Assembly (NCBI GenBank): GCA_945897725.1
Contig: CAMDFR010000002.1
Location: forward strand, 70,200-134,199
DNA length: 64,000 nt
From: Chitinophaga pinensis
GTDB lineage: Bacteria > Bacteroidota > Bacteroidia > Chitinophagales > CAMDFR01
Direction: 5' to 3'
The number at the start of each line of letters is the position of its first letter. Positions within the stretch are counted from its first letter, which is position 1. Shown piece after piece: positions 8,878 to 19,516 of this stretch. Position numbers and translations under genes: made by a program. The notes below the pieces were generated by a model. That model did not search any database and was not told the origin of the DNA. It saw nothing but the letters and a program-made list of their open reading frames with translations.

Positions 8878-9816
8878 CTATGCCGTTTCAGTATTTTCTT
8901 GATCAGTGACCGAGGCTTCAATATCGAATTTTTTCTTATAGAATAAGTAGAGCAAGAACATCATTGCTATGCCTGCCACTAAAGGAATATAGAAGGGTAA
9001 TTTTTCTTCTGGGTTGAATTTGATTGTACCGTTTTGATAAAAATACAAGCTAATAAAGGAGATGGCGTTATTCATAAAATGTAGAAAAATGGTGAGCCAG
9101 ATATTTTTAGTCATACTATACAAAGCACCTAGCACAAACCCCATAAAACATAAGGCGAAGAAATTAAAAAACTCCATATGCATCATTCCAAAAAGTGTCC
9201 CAGATATAAGTATGGCAGGCCATTCTGTTTTGGACCATGAGGCGATGCTTTTTTGGATGACACCTCTAAAAAGCAATTCTTCTCCAATAGCAGGAAGCAC
9301 AGCAATCATGATAAAGATGATAGAGAAATGAAATACACCTTTGATACCAGTCAATTGCTTTACAAAGGAGTCGTATGCTGTTTGTGTATTCATGGAAGAA
9401 GCTTCTAGCCATTTCAGCCATGAAGGAAAAACGAAGGTCTCTTTGTCAATAATTAAGAATTGTAGGAAGAAACCAGCTAAAAAAACAATGGCAAATCCTA
9501 GTAAATATTTTTTGAGATTGCGCTTGTCCTGACTTAAAAAATAACCAAATAGCGAACCTGTCATCAAATAGGAGAAGCATAATGGGGGAAAGATAAAGGT
9601 AAACAACTGTGAAATCATCTGTGCTGCTACGAGGTTTCTGAGACCGCCACTTTGCATGGAAAGCGCTTCTTTGAGTGGAACTTTGGCGCCATTAAGCACC
9701 ATTATGGCCAACATGGCTATGCCGGTTCCAATGAGGAGTCCTATGATAATTAATGCAATGACTAATAAAAATTGAACAGTAGGAGAAATGTTTTGTAGAA
9801 CACCTTTTTTTTTCAT
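8878..9816 (-). CDS. CPBP (CAAX/Abi) family intramembrane metalloprotease
   Basis: PAIGEELLFRG, FGMMH and HFMNN motifs; multi-TM. Confidence 0.9.
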   Translation of the reverse strand: MKKKGVLQNISPTVQFLLVIALIIIGLLIGTGIAMLAIMVLNGAKVPLKEALSMQSGGLRNLVAAQMISQLFTFIFPPLCFSYLMTGSLFGYFLSQDKRNLKKYLLGFAIVFLAGFFLQFLIIDKETFVFPSWLKWLEASSMNTQTAYDSFVKQLTGIKGVFHFSIIFIMIAVLPAIGEELLFRGVIQKSIASWSKTEWPAILISGTLFGMMHMEFFNFFALCFMGFVLGALYSMTKNIWLTIFLHFMNNAISFISLYFYQNGTIKFNPEEKLPFYIPLVAGIAMMFLLYLFYKKKFDIEASVTDQENTETA

Positions 9817-9819
9817 TTG

Positions 9820-10428
9820 TTATTTTAGTTTACCATATCTAATAAATAATCGGCCGGTGAATCCATTTAAATCATTGCTGTTGAGTCCGTTTAGTCGCAG
9901 GCCAGCATTAATTCTATAGCTGAGTCCAATGCCTGCTGCTAAATTCTTGTGCAGATTAATCAACATGTTTAGAGAGGGTTCTACCACCATAAAATTATAA
10001 CGATAGATGGCGCCCACAGGATATTGATATTTGACCATTGCCCAATTGACACTCGCTTCTGGATTAAAGCTCAGCCGTTTATTTGCGAATACAATATAGC
10101 CTGCTTTGATACCAGCATTTTGGTGCTCGAGTATGATATCGTCCTTAGATGTGTTGGGCACAAATTTGTTGAGTGCTTCTTCACTAGTAAGTTTTTGATA
10201 GAGGATTCCAATATAATATTGCTTAGGAAACAACCAGCAGGCACTAAAGGTGGTGTACATCGCAGCACTTTTCAGGGTCTGAGAAATCTGCATATCGGCC
10301 TGTAAAAAATATCGATGGTTATGTGCTGCAGAGGAGAGCGTATCTGTCTTTGCCACAGCAACATTTTGTCCTATAGAAGGACATATAGCCATCCACAAAA
10401 CGATGACAACAATGCACAGATTCCTCAA
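9820..10428 (-). CDS. Hypothetical exported protein, probable small beta-barrel
   Basis: Signal-like N-terminus, alternating hydrophobic strands, C-terminal FIRYGKLK. TTG start is uncertain. Confidence 0.6.
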   Translation of the reverse strand: MRNLCIVVIVLWMAICPSIGQNVAVAKTDTLSSAAHNHRYFLQADMQISQTLKSAAMYTTFSACWLFPKQYYIGILYQKLTSEEALNKFVPNTSKDDIILEHQNAGIKAGYIVFANKRLSFNPEASVNWAMVKYQYPVGAIYRYNFMVVEPSLNMLINLHKNLAAGIGLSYRINAGLRLNGLNSNDLNGFTGRLFIRYGKLK

Positions 10429-10618
10429 AAATGTCTGAATTAAAAGGTGATACTAACAAATATTTCGCTCCTCAAACCTACGAAATAGAACTTTAGAAAT
10501 CAAATTTAGGTTAGAAGGCCATAGGAAATCCTTTTCTTAAAAAAATATACACTTCGGTATAGAAGTGTTGAGAATAATGTTTATGAAAACTTCAAAAGAA
10601 CAATAACTTAGCGCATCC

Positions 10619-11959
10619 ATGTTTGCAATAATAGATACAGAAACTACCGGAGGTAAGCCTTTAAATGATAGGATTACCGAAATCGCAATTATCATCCATA
10701 ATGGAAAGAGAGTTGTAGAAAGTTATTCGACTTTGATTAATCCTTGTCGTAAAATAGACCCATTTGTGTCTGGTATGACTGGAATTACTGATGAAATGGT
10801 GGCCGATGCTCCATTGTTTGCTGATGTGATACAAAGAGTCATCGATTTAACAGAAGGTAAAATATTTGTTGCACACAATGTACGTTTTGACTATGGTGTC
10901 ATTAGAAATGAGTTTAAGAGATTGGGTAAGACTTTTATCAGAAAACAATTATGCACGGTTAAATTATCCAGAAAAATATTACCAGGACTTCCGTCCTACA
11001 GTTTAGGTCGCTTGTGCGAAAGCTTGGATATTCATATTTTAAATCGACATAGAGCTTTGGGTGATGCAGAAGCAACCTCAATATTATTTGAAAAGTTACT
11101 GCTCAATGATAGGAAAGAGGTGATAAGAAGTGAATTGGCAGAAGGTTTGGTAGATGGTATTCTACCAGCAAATCTTTCTAAAAGCCAAGTGGAAGAATTA
11201 CCCGAAGAACCAGGTGTTTATTATTTTTTAGATCAACAACAAAAGGTGCTTTATATTGGCAAGAGCACTAACATAAGAAAACGCGTGATTAGCCATTTTT
11301 CTAATGATTTGAAGTCACAGAAGAGTGCTTCAATGAAAGAAAAAATATACCATGTAGATTATCGTTTGACGGGAAATGAATTGGTGGCCCTATTGGAGGA
11401 GAGTCATGAAATAAAAAGACAAATGCCACCTTATAATGTTACTCAGAGGATAAAAAAATATAGGCAGGGTATCTTTTTGAGAAGTGATGAACATGGTTTT
11501 CGTTTTTTTAAAATGGAAGCGTTGAAATTGCATGAAGAACCGGTAATGAAGGCCACTACGCCAAGAATTGCACAAAAAATGATTGACGAGTTAAATCTTA
11601 GGCATCATTTGAGGGCTTATGTAAACCTTACTCCAAAGTTATTAAAACAGGGCACTTTAGAGTCATTCCGTGATTCACACAATCAAAAAGTAGAGGAGAT
11701 ATTAAAAGCATTTTATTTTTCACACCCGCACTTTTTTATTGTTACGGAGGCCATTAATCCTGAAGAAAGAACGCTTATTTGGGTAGAAAACAATCAATAC
11801 AAAGGTTTTGGAAACGTTTCGGTGCATGATAATTTTGATGATATTGAATCACTGAAACTCCGCATCAAACCTTATATAGACCATCCAGATATTCGAGGAA
11901 TACTTAAGTCATGGCTGAAAAAAAGCAAAAAAACAGAGTTAATCAAATACCAACTTTAG
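10619..11959 (+). CDS. DEDDh (DnaQ-like) 3'-5' exonuclease fused to a UvrC-like GIY-YIG domain
   Basis: IIDTETTG, VAHNVRFD and HRALGDA, then PEEPGVYYF...LYIGKSTNIRKRV. Confidence 0.9.
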   Translation: MFAIIDTETTGGKPLNDRITEIAIIIHNGKRVVESYSTLINPCRKIDPFVSGMTGITDEMVADAPLFADVIQRVIDLTEGKIFVAHNVRFDYGVIRNEFKRLGKTFIRKQLCTVKLSRKILPGLPSYSLGRLCESLDIHILNRHRALGDAEATSILFEKLLLNDRKEVIRSELAEGLVDGILPANLSKSQVEELPEEPGVYYFLDQQQKVLYIGKSTNIRKRVISHFSNDLKSQKSASMKEKIYHVDYRLTGNELVALLEESHEIKRQMPPYNVTQRIKKYRQGIFLRSDEHGFRFFKMEALKLHEEPVMKATTPRIAQKMIDELNLRHHLRAYVNLTPKLLKQGTLESFRDSHNQKVEEILKAFYFSHPHFFIVTEAINPEERTLIWVENNQYKGFGNVSVHDNFDDIESLKLRIKPYIDHPDIRGILKSWLKKSKKTELIKYQL

Positions 11960-11965
11960 AGGAGC

Positions 11966-12772
11966 TTATGGAAGCATTGCTTTGAAGGCATTGTATGCTG
12001 TTGTGTCTTGAGCAGCACTGATAGTCCCCCCAGCACATGAAGAAGATAAGGCTTGGTTGTCGATGTTTTCAACTCGATTTTCTGGATTCGGATGTGTGCT
12101 AAGGAAAGCCGGTGGCTGAGCTGCACCGCTATCAATAATTTTCTTAAAAAATGCAGAAGCCCCATTTGCTCTATAAACTGTAGGACATAGATAAATAACG
12201 GAGTATTTGTCAGCTTCCTTTTCATTGGTTCTGCTGAATTGCAAATTCACCAAGCTTAATGCAATATCGCTAAGCATACCTTGGTTTTTGCCTAGCGCAA
12301 CCTGTGCTAGTGTTGATATTCCATATTGTTGCGTCATGGCTTCCGTAGAATGTCTTTTGTCTGCATGTCCCATTTCATGTCCCATCACCCCTGCCAAAGC
12401 AGAAGCGTTATCTAGGTATTTTATCAAGCCTGTATAGATGTAAATATAACCACCAGGAGTACAAAAAGCATTTTGAGTATTGTCATCATGAATAATATAC
12501 AATTCCCAAGCAAAATCATCTTTGTGGGTTACTTGGCCACTATTCAAAATGGTTGTTTTCATGCTCTCTAAATAGCTGTAGGCATCAGCATAACTTGTTT
12601 TGTTGAGTATGGGATATTCGTCTGGCTTCGAAGCAATTTCATCTCTCACTTGCAGTCCCAATGTTTTATCGTCTTCAATAGAAAAGATATTTAAACCTTC
12701 GCCTTTATTACATCCTGAAAGAAAAATAAAAGAAAGGAGTATCGCAACAGAGAAAATTTTAGCTGATTTCAT
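11966..12772 (-). CDS. M48 family metallopeptidase lipoprotein
   Basis: Lipobox LSGC; NAFCTPGG, HEMGH, EKEAD and FLSTHP motifs. Confidence 0.92.
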   Translation of the reverse strand: MKSAKIFSVAILLSFIFLSGCNKGEGLNIFSIEDDKTLGLQVRDEIASKPDEYPILNKTSYADAYSYLESMKTTILNSGQVTHKDDFAWELYIIHDDNTQNAFCTPGGYIYIYTGLIKYLDNASALAGVMGHEMGHADKRHSTEAMTQQYGISTLAQVALGKNQGMLSDIALSLVNLQFSRTNEKEADKYSVIYLCPTVYRANGASAFFKKIIDSGAAQPPAFLSTHPNPENRVENIDNQALSSSCAGGTISAAQDTTAYNAFKAMLP

Positions 12773-13259
12773 ATTAATGATATATGTGTTAGAGGAATTG
12801 CAAAGATAAAGCCAAAATGTCTAATAAGAATGATGGCCGTAAAACAAGAATCAAAAGCAGGAGGATGATGTTGAGCAATAAATTATTTGTGGAATAATGG
12901 GGGATGCGTAATGTCGGCAATTTGCATGGAATGATGTCGGGCGTGTACTTGTAGAAACTTAAACATATTCAACAATGTCATCTTCCCCACCAAAGGATGT
13001 TTACACAAATCCTTCTGATCATATTCTTTGTCTATGAGGCGCAGTAAAATTTTGTATTCTTTTCTTAAACGGATCCAATTTTATTTAGCTTGTAAACAAT
13101 TGTTTCTTTTGGCTGAATAAGGTTTGTAGGCGTTTTAAACTACAAGGGTAACGAAAGCGCAATGTTCAAAACGTTTTTTCTGAAGGCTAATTTCAAGGAT
13201 GTTTTGTTCAGCGCTACTTTATCTGAGGCCAGCTTTTTATCAAAATCCAATCCTTTTTT

Positions 13260-13901
13260 TTAGAATGGAGCGCTTACAAAGTCGTCTTTTTCGAGTCCAA
13301 GTTTATGTCGAATGGTGGCTGCTAAAATATTGATGGCAACCTGGTTTTCTCCTCCTAATGGCACAATAATATCAGCGTACTTTTTCGTAGGCTCAATGAA
13401 TTGCTCATGCATAGGCTTTACTGTATCTGTGTATCTATCTAATGTTTGTTCTATACTTCTTCCTCTTTCGATGATGTCTCTCTTGATAACGCGCAATAAT
13501 CGTTCGTCTGAAGGTGCGTCTACAAATATTTTTACATTGCATACATCACGAAGATCTTTGTCTGTGAACAATAGTATGCCCTCTAAAATAATTACCCCTT
13601 TACTTTGAATAGGAATGGTTTCTTTAGCCCTTGTGCAAGTGATGTACGAATAAATTGGCATTTCAATATTCTCTCCACGTTTGAGCTTCTCCACATCCTT
13701 CAACAAGAGTTCAAATTCTATGGAGTCTGGATGGTCAAAGTTGATATATTTCCTTTGCTCTAGAGGGATATGTCCATTGTCTTTATAATAGGCATCTTGA
13801 GAAAGAATGGCCACTTGGTCTTTGGGTAAAATTTCTAAAATTTTGTTGACGACGGTGGTCTTTCCGGATCCTGTTCCGCCGCATATCCCTATTATTAACA
13901 T
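13260..13901 (-). CDS. udk: Uridine kinase
   Basis: GICGGTGSGKTT, QDAYY, NFDHP, RDIIERGR and IEPTKKYADII. Confidence 0.95.
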   Translation of the reverse strand: MLIIGICGGTGSGKTTVVNKILEILPKDQVAILSQDAYYKDNGHIPLEQRKYINFDHPDSIEFELLLKDVEKLKRGENIEMPIYSYITCTRAKETIPIQSKGVIILEGILLFTDKDLRDVCNVKIFVDAPSDERLLRVIKRDIIERGRSIEQTLDRYTDTVKPMHEQFIEPTKKYADIIVPLGGENQVAINILAATIRHKLGLEKDDFVSAPF

Positions 13902-13995
13902 AAGCTAAAGATAATCAAATTTGAGTGATGATGTGTTTAAAAAAATGCTGTGTGGTATATGGTTTCTGTACACAAATAAATTTTAAATGTGTTTT

Positions 13996-14385
13996 TTAGA
14001 TTTCAGTAAATGTTAAAGTTGCTTGGTACTTGCTGAAGTCGGCAGCTTCACCAGATTTTGGATATGGTAGCACTTCCTTAAGATCTATGCGATACGTTTT
14101 TGAGCCAATTTGAACGACCAAGCCATCAAATCGAGTGGTCAATGTTTCTATTTGCTTATTGATTCGAATCAATAACGAAACGGTTCCTGCTACCAAACAT
14201 TGGCTCCCTGTAGGGCATCTGCTATCCTCCAATACTTTAATAAATTGTATTTTAAAATTATTGACCTTGGTTTTTTGTTTAACAGTCAAGGTTGCAGAAT
14301 TTTTACCAGAAGTTGCCTGAGCTGAGGCCTCAAAGGAAATGATTAGACTAATGCTAAAAAAGAGAAGTGCAAAAAATCGATACAT
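13996..14385 (-). CDS. Hypothetical exported protein (DSRCP...C motif)
   Basis: Signal peptide; VLEDSRCPTGSQCLVAG and LPYP motifs recur in small uncharacterised exported proteins. Confidence 0.7.
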   Translation of the reverse strand: MYRFFALLFFSISLIISFEASAQATSGKNSATLTVKQKTKVNNFKIQFIKVLEDSRCPTGSQCLVAGTVSLLIRINKQIETLTTRFDGLVVQIGSKTYRIDLKEVLPYPKSGEAADFSKYQATLTFTEI

Positions 14386-14594
14386 GCGTCTGAATGTTTA
14401 ATTTAAAATCGATGTATCAAGAGCTTTATTGTTCATTGACACAGATTCTACCGCAAAGATATCAGATAAATTATTAACTTGGCTAGTATTAAAGTTTTCT
14501 TTCACGACAACTCTATTTCCTGTGCAATTTGAGTGTATAGACTCTAGAGTAACTCCATCGAAGTATATAAATATGATAAGGCATAGGTAGGGGT

Positions 14595-15644
14595 TTATTT
14601 TGCTTTTTTAAGCATAAACCAGAATGTAGAACCTTTTCCTACGGTGCTTCTCACGTTGATGGATTGCCCATGTCCTTCAACGATATGTTTTACGATGGCC
14701 AAACCTAGACCAGTACCGCCTTCTGTACGAGATCGATGTTTGTCTACTCTATAAAATCTTTCAAACAATCGTGGTAGATGTTCTTCGGATATACCTGGAC
14801 CATTATCACCTACCTCAATTAATAAATTAGGTTCCATCTCAAAAAAACCAATACTTACCTCACCATCTTGATTGCCATAATTGATCGCGTTGACGATTAA
14901 GTTGTTAAATACTTGAGCAATTCTAGCTTTATCAGCCATCACATAAAATGGTTTGTCTGATCCTTTTTTGAAAACGAGTTTTATTTTTTTATCGTGTGCC
15001 TTAATTTCAAAAGAATCAAAAATTTCTTTGACCAATTGCGTCACATCAAATCGGTCTATCTCTAAGGATAGTTTACCTGCTTCGTATTGTGAAATTTCTA
15101 ATAGATCCTGTACAATATTATTTAATCTTTCAACATTCGCTGCAGCTTTTAATAAATATTGTTTATTGATGGTGGGGTCGTCTACTGCCCCGTCCAATAA
15201 GGTTTCTATATAACCTTGAATATTAAAAATCGGTGTTTTTAACTCATGTGATACATTCCCAAAAAAATCTTTTCTATAATTTTCCATTGTCTTTAACTGC
15301 TCAATTTCTGCGATTTTATTTCTTTCATATTCTTCTACTTCTTTTCTCACTCTGTCGAAAAGATTCTCGTCATTCTCTAGAATGTCTTTTACTTTTCCTT
15401 TTTCAGACTTTTGAATAGAAATGGTTTTATATATCAACTTAATTTTACTGTAAATAAATCGTCCAACAAGAATCTGTATGATGATATAAACAGCTATAAA
15501 AACCACCCCAGGCAAAACCGTAAAAAAGTACCATTTCAGTTTGGTTTGTGTAAATAGCATGGTGGCAAAAACAAGTACCAAAACTGCGAATGCCGCCAAG
15601 CTTGCTGTATAAAAAGATAATTTTTTGAGTGATATATTGTTCAC
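14595..15644 (-). CDS. phoR: Sensor histidine kinase, PhoR-like
   Basis: Two N-terminal TMs; NVSHELKTP, NLIVNAINY, DNGPGI and RLFERFYRVDKHRSR...GGTGLGLAIVKH (PhoR-type signature). Confidence 0.8.
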   Translation of the reverse strand: MNNISLKKLSFYTASLAAFAVLVLVFATMLFTQTKLKWYFFTVLPGVVFIAVYIIIQILVGRFIYSKIKLIYKTISIQKSEKGKVKDILENDENLFDRVRKEVEEYERNKIAEIEQLKTMENYRKDFFGNVSHELKTPIFNIQGYIETLLDGAVDDPTINKQYLLKAAANVERLNNIVQDLLEISQYEAGKLSLEIDRFDVTQLVKEIFDSFEIKAHDKKIKLVFKKGSDKPFYVMADKARIAQVFNNLIVNAINYGNQDGEVSIGFFEMEPNLLIEVGDNGPGISEEHLPRLFERFYRVDKHRSRTEGGTGLGLAIVKHIVEGHGQSINVRSTVGKGSTFWFMLKKAK

Positions 15645-15738
15645 TAGTTCGCGTTTTTCGTTGCTAAAATATAAATGTTTGATTAAATGATTCTGAAATT
15701 AGAAGGCTAATCACCATTTACATAAGCATCGTATCCTT

Positions 15739-16419
15739 TTATAAGTCAAATTTATAACCAACTCCCTTTATGGTCTTAAAATAGTCGTCGCCTATTTTTT
15801 CTCTCAATTTACGAATATGCACATCAATTGTTCTGTCGCCAACTATCGTTTCGGTTCCCCAAACTTTATTCATAATTTCTTCTCGAGTAAATACCCTTCC
15901 TGGTTTTGACATGAGTAATTGTAAGAGTTGAAATTCTTTTCGCGGCAGATTTAACTCATCATTATCTTTATAGACCATGTATTTGTCTTCGTCAAGTTCT
16001 ATGTTTCCAACGCGTATACTCGACTTTTTTGTTTCTGTTTCACCTCTTCTCAAAAGGGCCTGTAATCTGCTTAAGAAGACACGTGGTTTTACTGGCTTGG
16101 TTACATAGTCGTCGGCTCCAACCTCAAATCCTGCAATCTGAGAATAGTCTTCATCTCTAGCTGTTAAAAAGATAATGATGGTGTTTTTAAACTGTTCCAA
16201 GCTTCTAAACTCTCTGCAGGTTTCCATTCCATCCATTTCCGGCATCATCACATCAAGGACGATAAGCCTTGGATCTATTTGTTTGGCGATGTTTAATGCA
16301 TCTTTGCCATTTGAGGCTGTAAAGACAGAATAACCTTCCTTTTTGAGACTATAAGACAGGAACTCTAATACATCTGGCTCATCATCTACTAATAATATTT
16401 TTACTGGCGTTCTGCTCAT
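15739..16419 (-). CDS. phoP: OmpR-family response regulator, PhoB/PhoP-like
   Basis: Receiver domain (LVDDE, LDVMMP, YVTKP) and winged helix with DRTIDVHIRKLREK; adjacent to the PhoR-like kinase. Confidence 0.78.
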   Translation of the reverse strand: MSRTPVKILLVDDEPDVLEFLSYSLKKEGYSVFTASNGKDALNIAKQIDPRLIVLDVMMPEMDGMETCREFRSLEQFKNTIIIFLTARDEDYSQIAGFEVGADDYVTKPVKPRVFLSRLQALLRRGETETKKSSIRVGNIELDEDKYMVYKDNDELNLPRKEFQLLQLLMSKPGRVFTREEIMNKVWGTETIVGDRTIDVHIRKLREKIGDDYFKTIKGVGYKFDL

Positions 16420-16503
16420 AATATGTTTTTATCTAATTGCAATTTTAATGTTATCATATAAATTGTATACACATTTAATATTAACTAATTCTTATCAATT
16501 AGT

Positions 16504-19302
16504 CTATTTAAATGTGTAGGTAAATGATAGAGTATAGGTCCTTTGGTTCTTTTGTTCAATTAAGACGGTGTCAAATTCTTTTTGGAAGTTAGAATTTTTG
16601 CCTGCACCACTATTCTGATAAAAGAAACTTGATTTAGCAATTAGATCAGAAAAAGTCAATTTTAAAACCCCATTTTTTAGTACTTTTTTACTTATCTGGA
16701 AATCTAATAATGGTCTTGAATTTTCATACATGTCTGGATAATCGCTTGTTCCAACAACGGCCAATCTACGTCCTGCTTGATTGTACATTATTGTGAAGGA
16801 AAGGTCTAACCTAGGCTGTCTATAAGTCGCGCTTGCATTGATAACAAAAGGGGACTGACCTTGCAATGGACGGGAGCTTGCACCAGTGCTAGAGGAAATA
16901 CTTGACAAATCGATCTTGGAATAGATGTAAGAGAAATTACCAGTAAACATAAAATCTTCCCAATGCTTCCATTTGCTGATGAAGTCAAGATTTTTTCTGA
17001 ACTCAAACTCTACTCCACCATTATGAGCAAAAGAGGCATTGTTAAACGAGAAAAGAGTATAGTCCGCACCTTTCAGAGTTACTACTTGTTCTATCGGGGC
17101 TTTAAAGTATTTATAGTAAAGACTCACAGCTGCCATCTGTCCTTTGCCAAAGAAGTATTCGTAACGAATATCTGCATTATGAATTCTAGTTTGATTTAAC
17201 GAATCAAACCCAGTTATAGTAAAAGTGGTGTTGAAGTCATAAAAAGAGAAAGGTGAGATTTCTCTAAACTCTGGTCTTGCTAATGTCATTGAGTAGGATA
17301 CTCTGAAATTTGATTTGCTCGTAGTTGAATAAATAAAGTTCATAGATGGAAGAACGGTAGGGTATTTCTTGTCCACTTTAATGGTATCATTACTATAGTT
17401 AAATGAACTCAATTGTTGACGGAAATATTCAAATCGTGCTCCCCAAACAATTTTAAATCTTTTCGCAAATGCATTTTCAAACATCGCGTATCCTGCATAT
17501 AAATCTGCTGATGCGGTGTATTTATCGCTCTTATTGGTGATGTCAGAAATATTAAAGCCTCTTGCCGAAAAATTAGCAGTGTCAAAAATACTGGCTTGAT
17601 CAAGAGAAAGCAGACTTCTGTCAAATGTAGACACTCTGGCAATGGTTAATCCCATCACCCTTGCCGAAAAATCTCTGTCCTTATGTTGTATATAAAATCC
17701 TGTTTTAAATAATTGTTTAGTAGATTGAATTTTAAATGGTACCGAAACATCTGCACCACCACTATAAATTTTTTCGTCTAGACTTGAGTAAAAAAGTCCT
17801 CCTTGTCCAATATTTACCTGATTAGAAATATCTGCATGATATAAAGTGTCGTCTGGATTGGTATAGTCAATTGAATAGGACATTCTGCGTGTTTGAGGTT
17901 GAGTTCTTCTTATCCAAGAAAAACCACCAGTCCATTTAATTTTGATACCGGGCTTACGTATTAAATGTTCACCAATAATTTGATTGGCTAGTAACCTAGA
18001 TGACGTAAATTCAAACGAGTTTTTTTCAAATTGTCTTATTTGGTCTATGTTTTGTCCCGTTCTTAAAGTGGTTCTATCCTCTGAATTAATATTAAATGTA
18101 TTTTTAAAACTAATTTTTTGGTCATTCTTTATCAAAAAAGTGAGATTTAGTAAGGCGCCAATGGCAATAGGGTTTGAATAGGCCACATCATCATAGTCAA
18201 ATATGCCTGAACCGTCGGCATTAAAATCATACCTATTAGAAAAAATAGTTCTCAATGAATTCGAATAGCTCAGAGAAGCTACTGATCCGATTTTAACATT
18301 TTTCAAATCCTTTACAAAGCCGCCACTGAATTGAAAACTTTGACCTGGATAAGCAATTTTTTTCTTTTGTAGACCCCAATTATTTGGAAGCGATTTAGCA
18401 TAAGGATAACGCTGAGAGTTTGGAAGTTTTTGTAGTGAATCGGACGCAATAAAACTTGCTGGTAATGCCCTAGTTCCGTCATCAACCCCTAAGAAGTCAG
18501 TCTTGCCTCCTTTGTAGGTATAATAGGGTTTGAATGTTGCTTTTTCAATAAATGATTGTCCAATAGTTAAATTGAAAAAACTTTTTTCTGGAATATCCCT
18601 AGTATTTAGCTGAATGATTCCTCCAGCAAATTCTGCCGGTAAATCCGGTTGAGCTGTTTTTGTGATGATAATATTGTCTAGTAAGTTGGAAGGAAACATG
18701 TCGAAAGCAAAGGCCTTTCTATCTGGTTCTGTACTTGGTAATACTGCTCCGTTTACCATCGCATAGTTGTATCTGTCGCTCAAACCACGAATTATCGCAA
18801 ATTTATTGTCCTGAATAGTTGCGCCGCTAACTCTCTTAATTACATCACCCGAACTTCTATCTGGTGAACGTTTAATTTCTTCTCCTGAAATACCACTCGA
18901 AATTGTACTGCTGTTTTTTTGCATTGTAACGATGGCAGAAGTGTTGTCTCTACTTATTTTAGCCGTCACTATTACTTCTTTTATTTCTTTTTCCGCTGTA
19001 TTCATAGTAATGCTAAGTGAGCTCACATTATCTGCCGTCACCTCAATATTAGAATCTAGCCTTTCAACATAGCCTATGTAGGTTGTTCTAATGGTATATA
19101 TACCAGGTGCTAAGTTTTTGATACTATAGTTTCCGTCAATATCGCTTACAGAACCTATTGATGTATTCACAATCAAAACTGTTGCACCAATGAGCGTTTC
19201 ACCTGTTCTTGCATCAATGATTTTACCAGCAATGGAGCCATTGCCTGCAAAGATGCTGCCGAAACCCAAAAGCATCAAAAGTGTTGAATAAACGTATTTC
19301 AT
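16504..19302 (-). CDS. TonB-dependent outer-membrane receptor with an N-terminal CarboxypepD_reg-like domain
   Basis: GKIIDARTGETLIGATV, plug (IIRGLSDRYN...LPSTEPDRKAF), RPEFREISPF, LQGQSPF and a C-terminal aromatic strand. Confidence 0.92.
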   Translation of the reverse strand: MKYVYSTLLMLLGFGSIFAGNGSIAGKIIDARTGETLIGATVLIVNTSIGSVSDIDGNYSIKNLAPGIYTIRTTYIGYVERLDSNIEVTADNVSSLSITMNTAEKEIKEVIVTAKISRDNTSAIVTMQKNSSTISSGISGEEIKRSPDRSSGDVIKRVSGATIQDNKFAIIRGLSDRYNYAMVNGAVLPSTEPDRKAFAFDMFPSNLLDNIIITKTAQPDLPAEFAGGIIQLNTRDIPEKSFFNLTIGQSFIEKATFKPYYTYKGGKTDFLGVDDGTRALPASFIASDSLQKLPNSQRYPYAKSLPNNWGLQKKKIAYPGQSFQFSGGFVKDLKNVKIGSVASLSYSNSLRTIFSNRYDFNADGSGIFDYDDVAYSNPIAIGALLNLTFLIKNDQKISFKNTFNINSEDRTTLRTGQNIDQIRQFEKNSFEFTSSRLLANQIIGEHLIRKPGIKIKWTGGFSWIRRTQPQTRRMSYSIDYTNPDDTLYHADISNQVNIGQGGLFYSSLDEKIYSGGADVSVPFKIQSTKQLFKTGFYIQHKDRDFSARVMGLTIARVSTFDRSLLSLDQASIFDTANFSARGFNISDITNKSDKYTASADLYAGYAMFENAFAKRFKIVWGARFEYFRQQLSSFNYSNDTIKVDKKYPTVLPSMNFIYSTTSKSNFRVSYSMTLARPEFREISPFSFYDFNTTFTITGFDSLNQTRIHNADIRYEYFFGKGQMAAVSLYYKYFKAPIEQVVTLKGADYTLFSFNNASFAHNGGVEFEFRKNLDFISKWKHWEDFMFTGNFSYIYSKIDLSSISSSTGASSRPLQGQSPFVINASATYRQPRLDLSFTIMYNQAGRRLAVVGTSDYPDMYENSRPLLDFQISKKVLKNGVLKLTFSDLIAKSSFFYQNSGAGKNSNFQKEFDTVLIEQKNQRTYTLSFTYTFK

Positions 19303-19324
19303 AGATTGTCAATTAAATTTATCG

Positions 19325-19380
19325 CAAAGTTATATTTACAATAAAAACACAAGTTAATCCCAATGTTAAGCAAGTGTTAA
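19325..19380 (-). promoter_or_regulatory. TBDR promoter: TTAACA direct repeats (putative Pho box) plus TAACTTTG -7 element
   Basis: Minus strand reads TTAACA-CTTGC-TTAACA-TTGGGA-TTAACT (19380 to 19352), then TAACTTTG at 19332-19325. Confidence 0.6.
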
Positions 19381-19516
19381 ATAAAGAAAAAAGCATGCTA
19401 AATCATTGTCTATATAATCTTTAAACAGAAAACAAATGCAACCTTATCTAAATTAAGATTGGTAGAAATAACGCGCTATGTTCTGCGGAGTATTTTAATG
19501 GACGTATCTTAAAATG

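Noticed and set aside
10459-10473. Exact 15-nt match (AATATTTCGCTCCTC) to 5346-5360
   Set aside because: It lacks the second arm of the hairpin, and one 15-mer match within 64 kb of AT-rich DNA can arise by chance.
10619-11959. Exonuclease-GIY-YIG fusion as a novel defence nuclease
   Set aside because: This DnaQ/UvrC-like fusion is a common Bacteroidota gene, and there is no defence-island context.
12773-13259. 490-bp gap containing a fragment reading GMMSGVYL*KLK, reminiscent of a T9SS CTD end
   Set aside because: Too short and interrupted to support a pseudogene call without a search; no convincing RNA structure seen.
16420-16503. Possible autoregulatory TTAACA boxes upstream of the response regulator
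   Set aside because: Only scattered partial matches (TTAATA, ATAACA) without the 11-bp period, in very AT-rich sequence.
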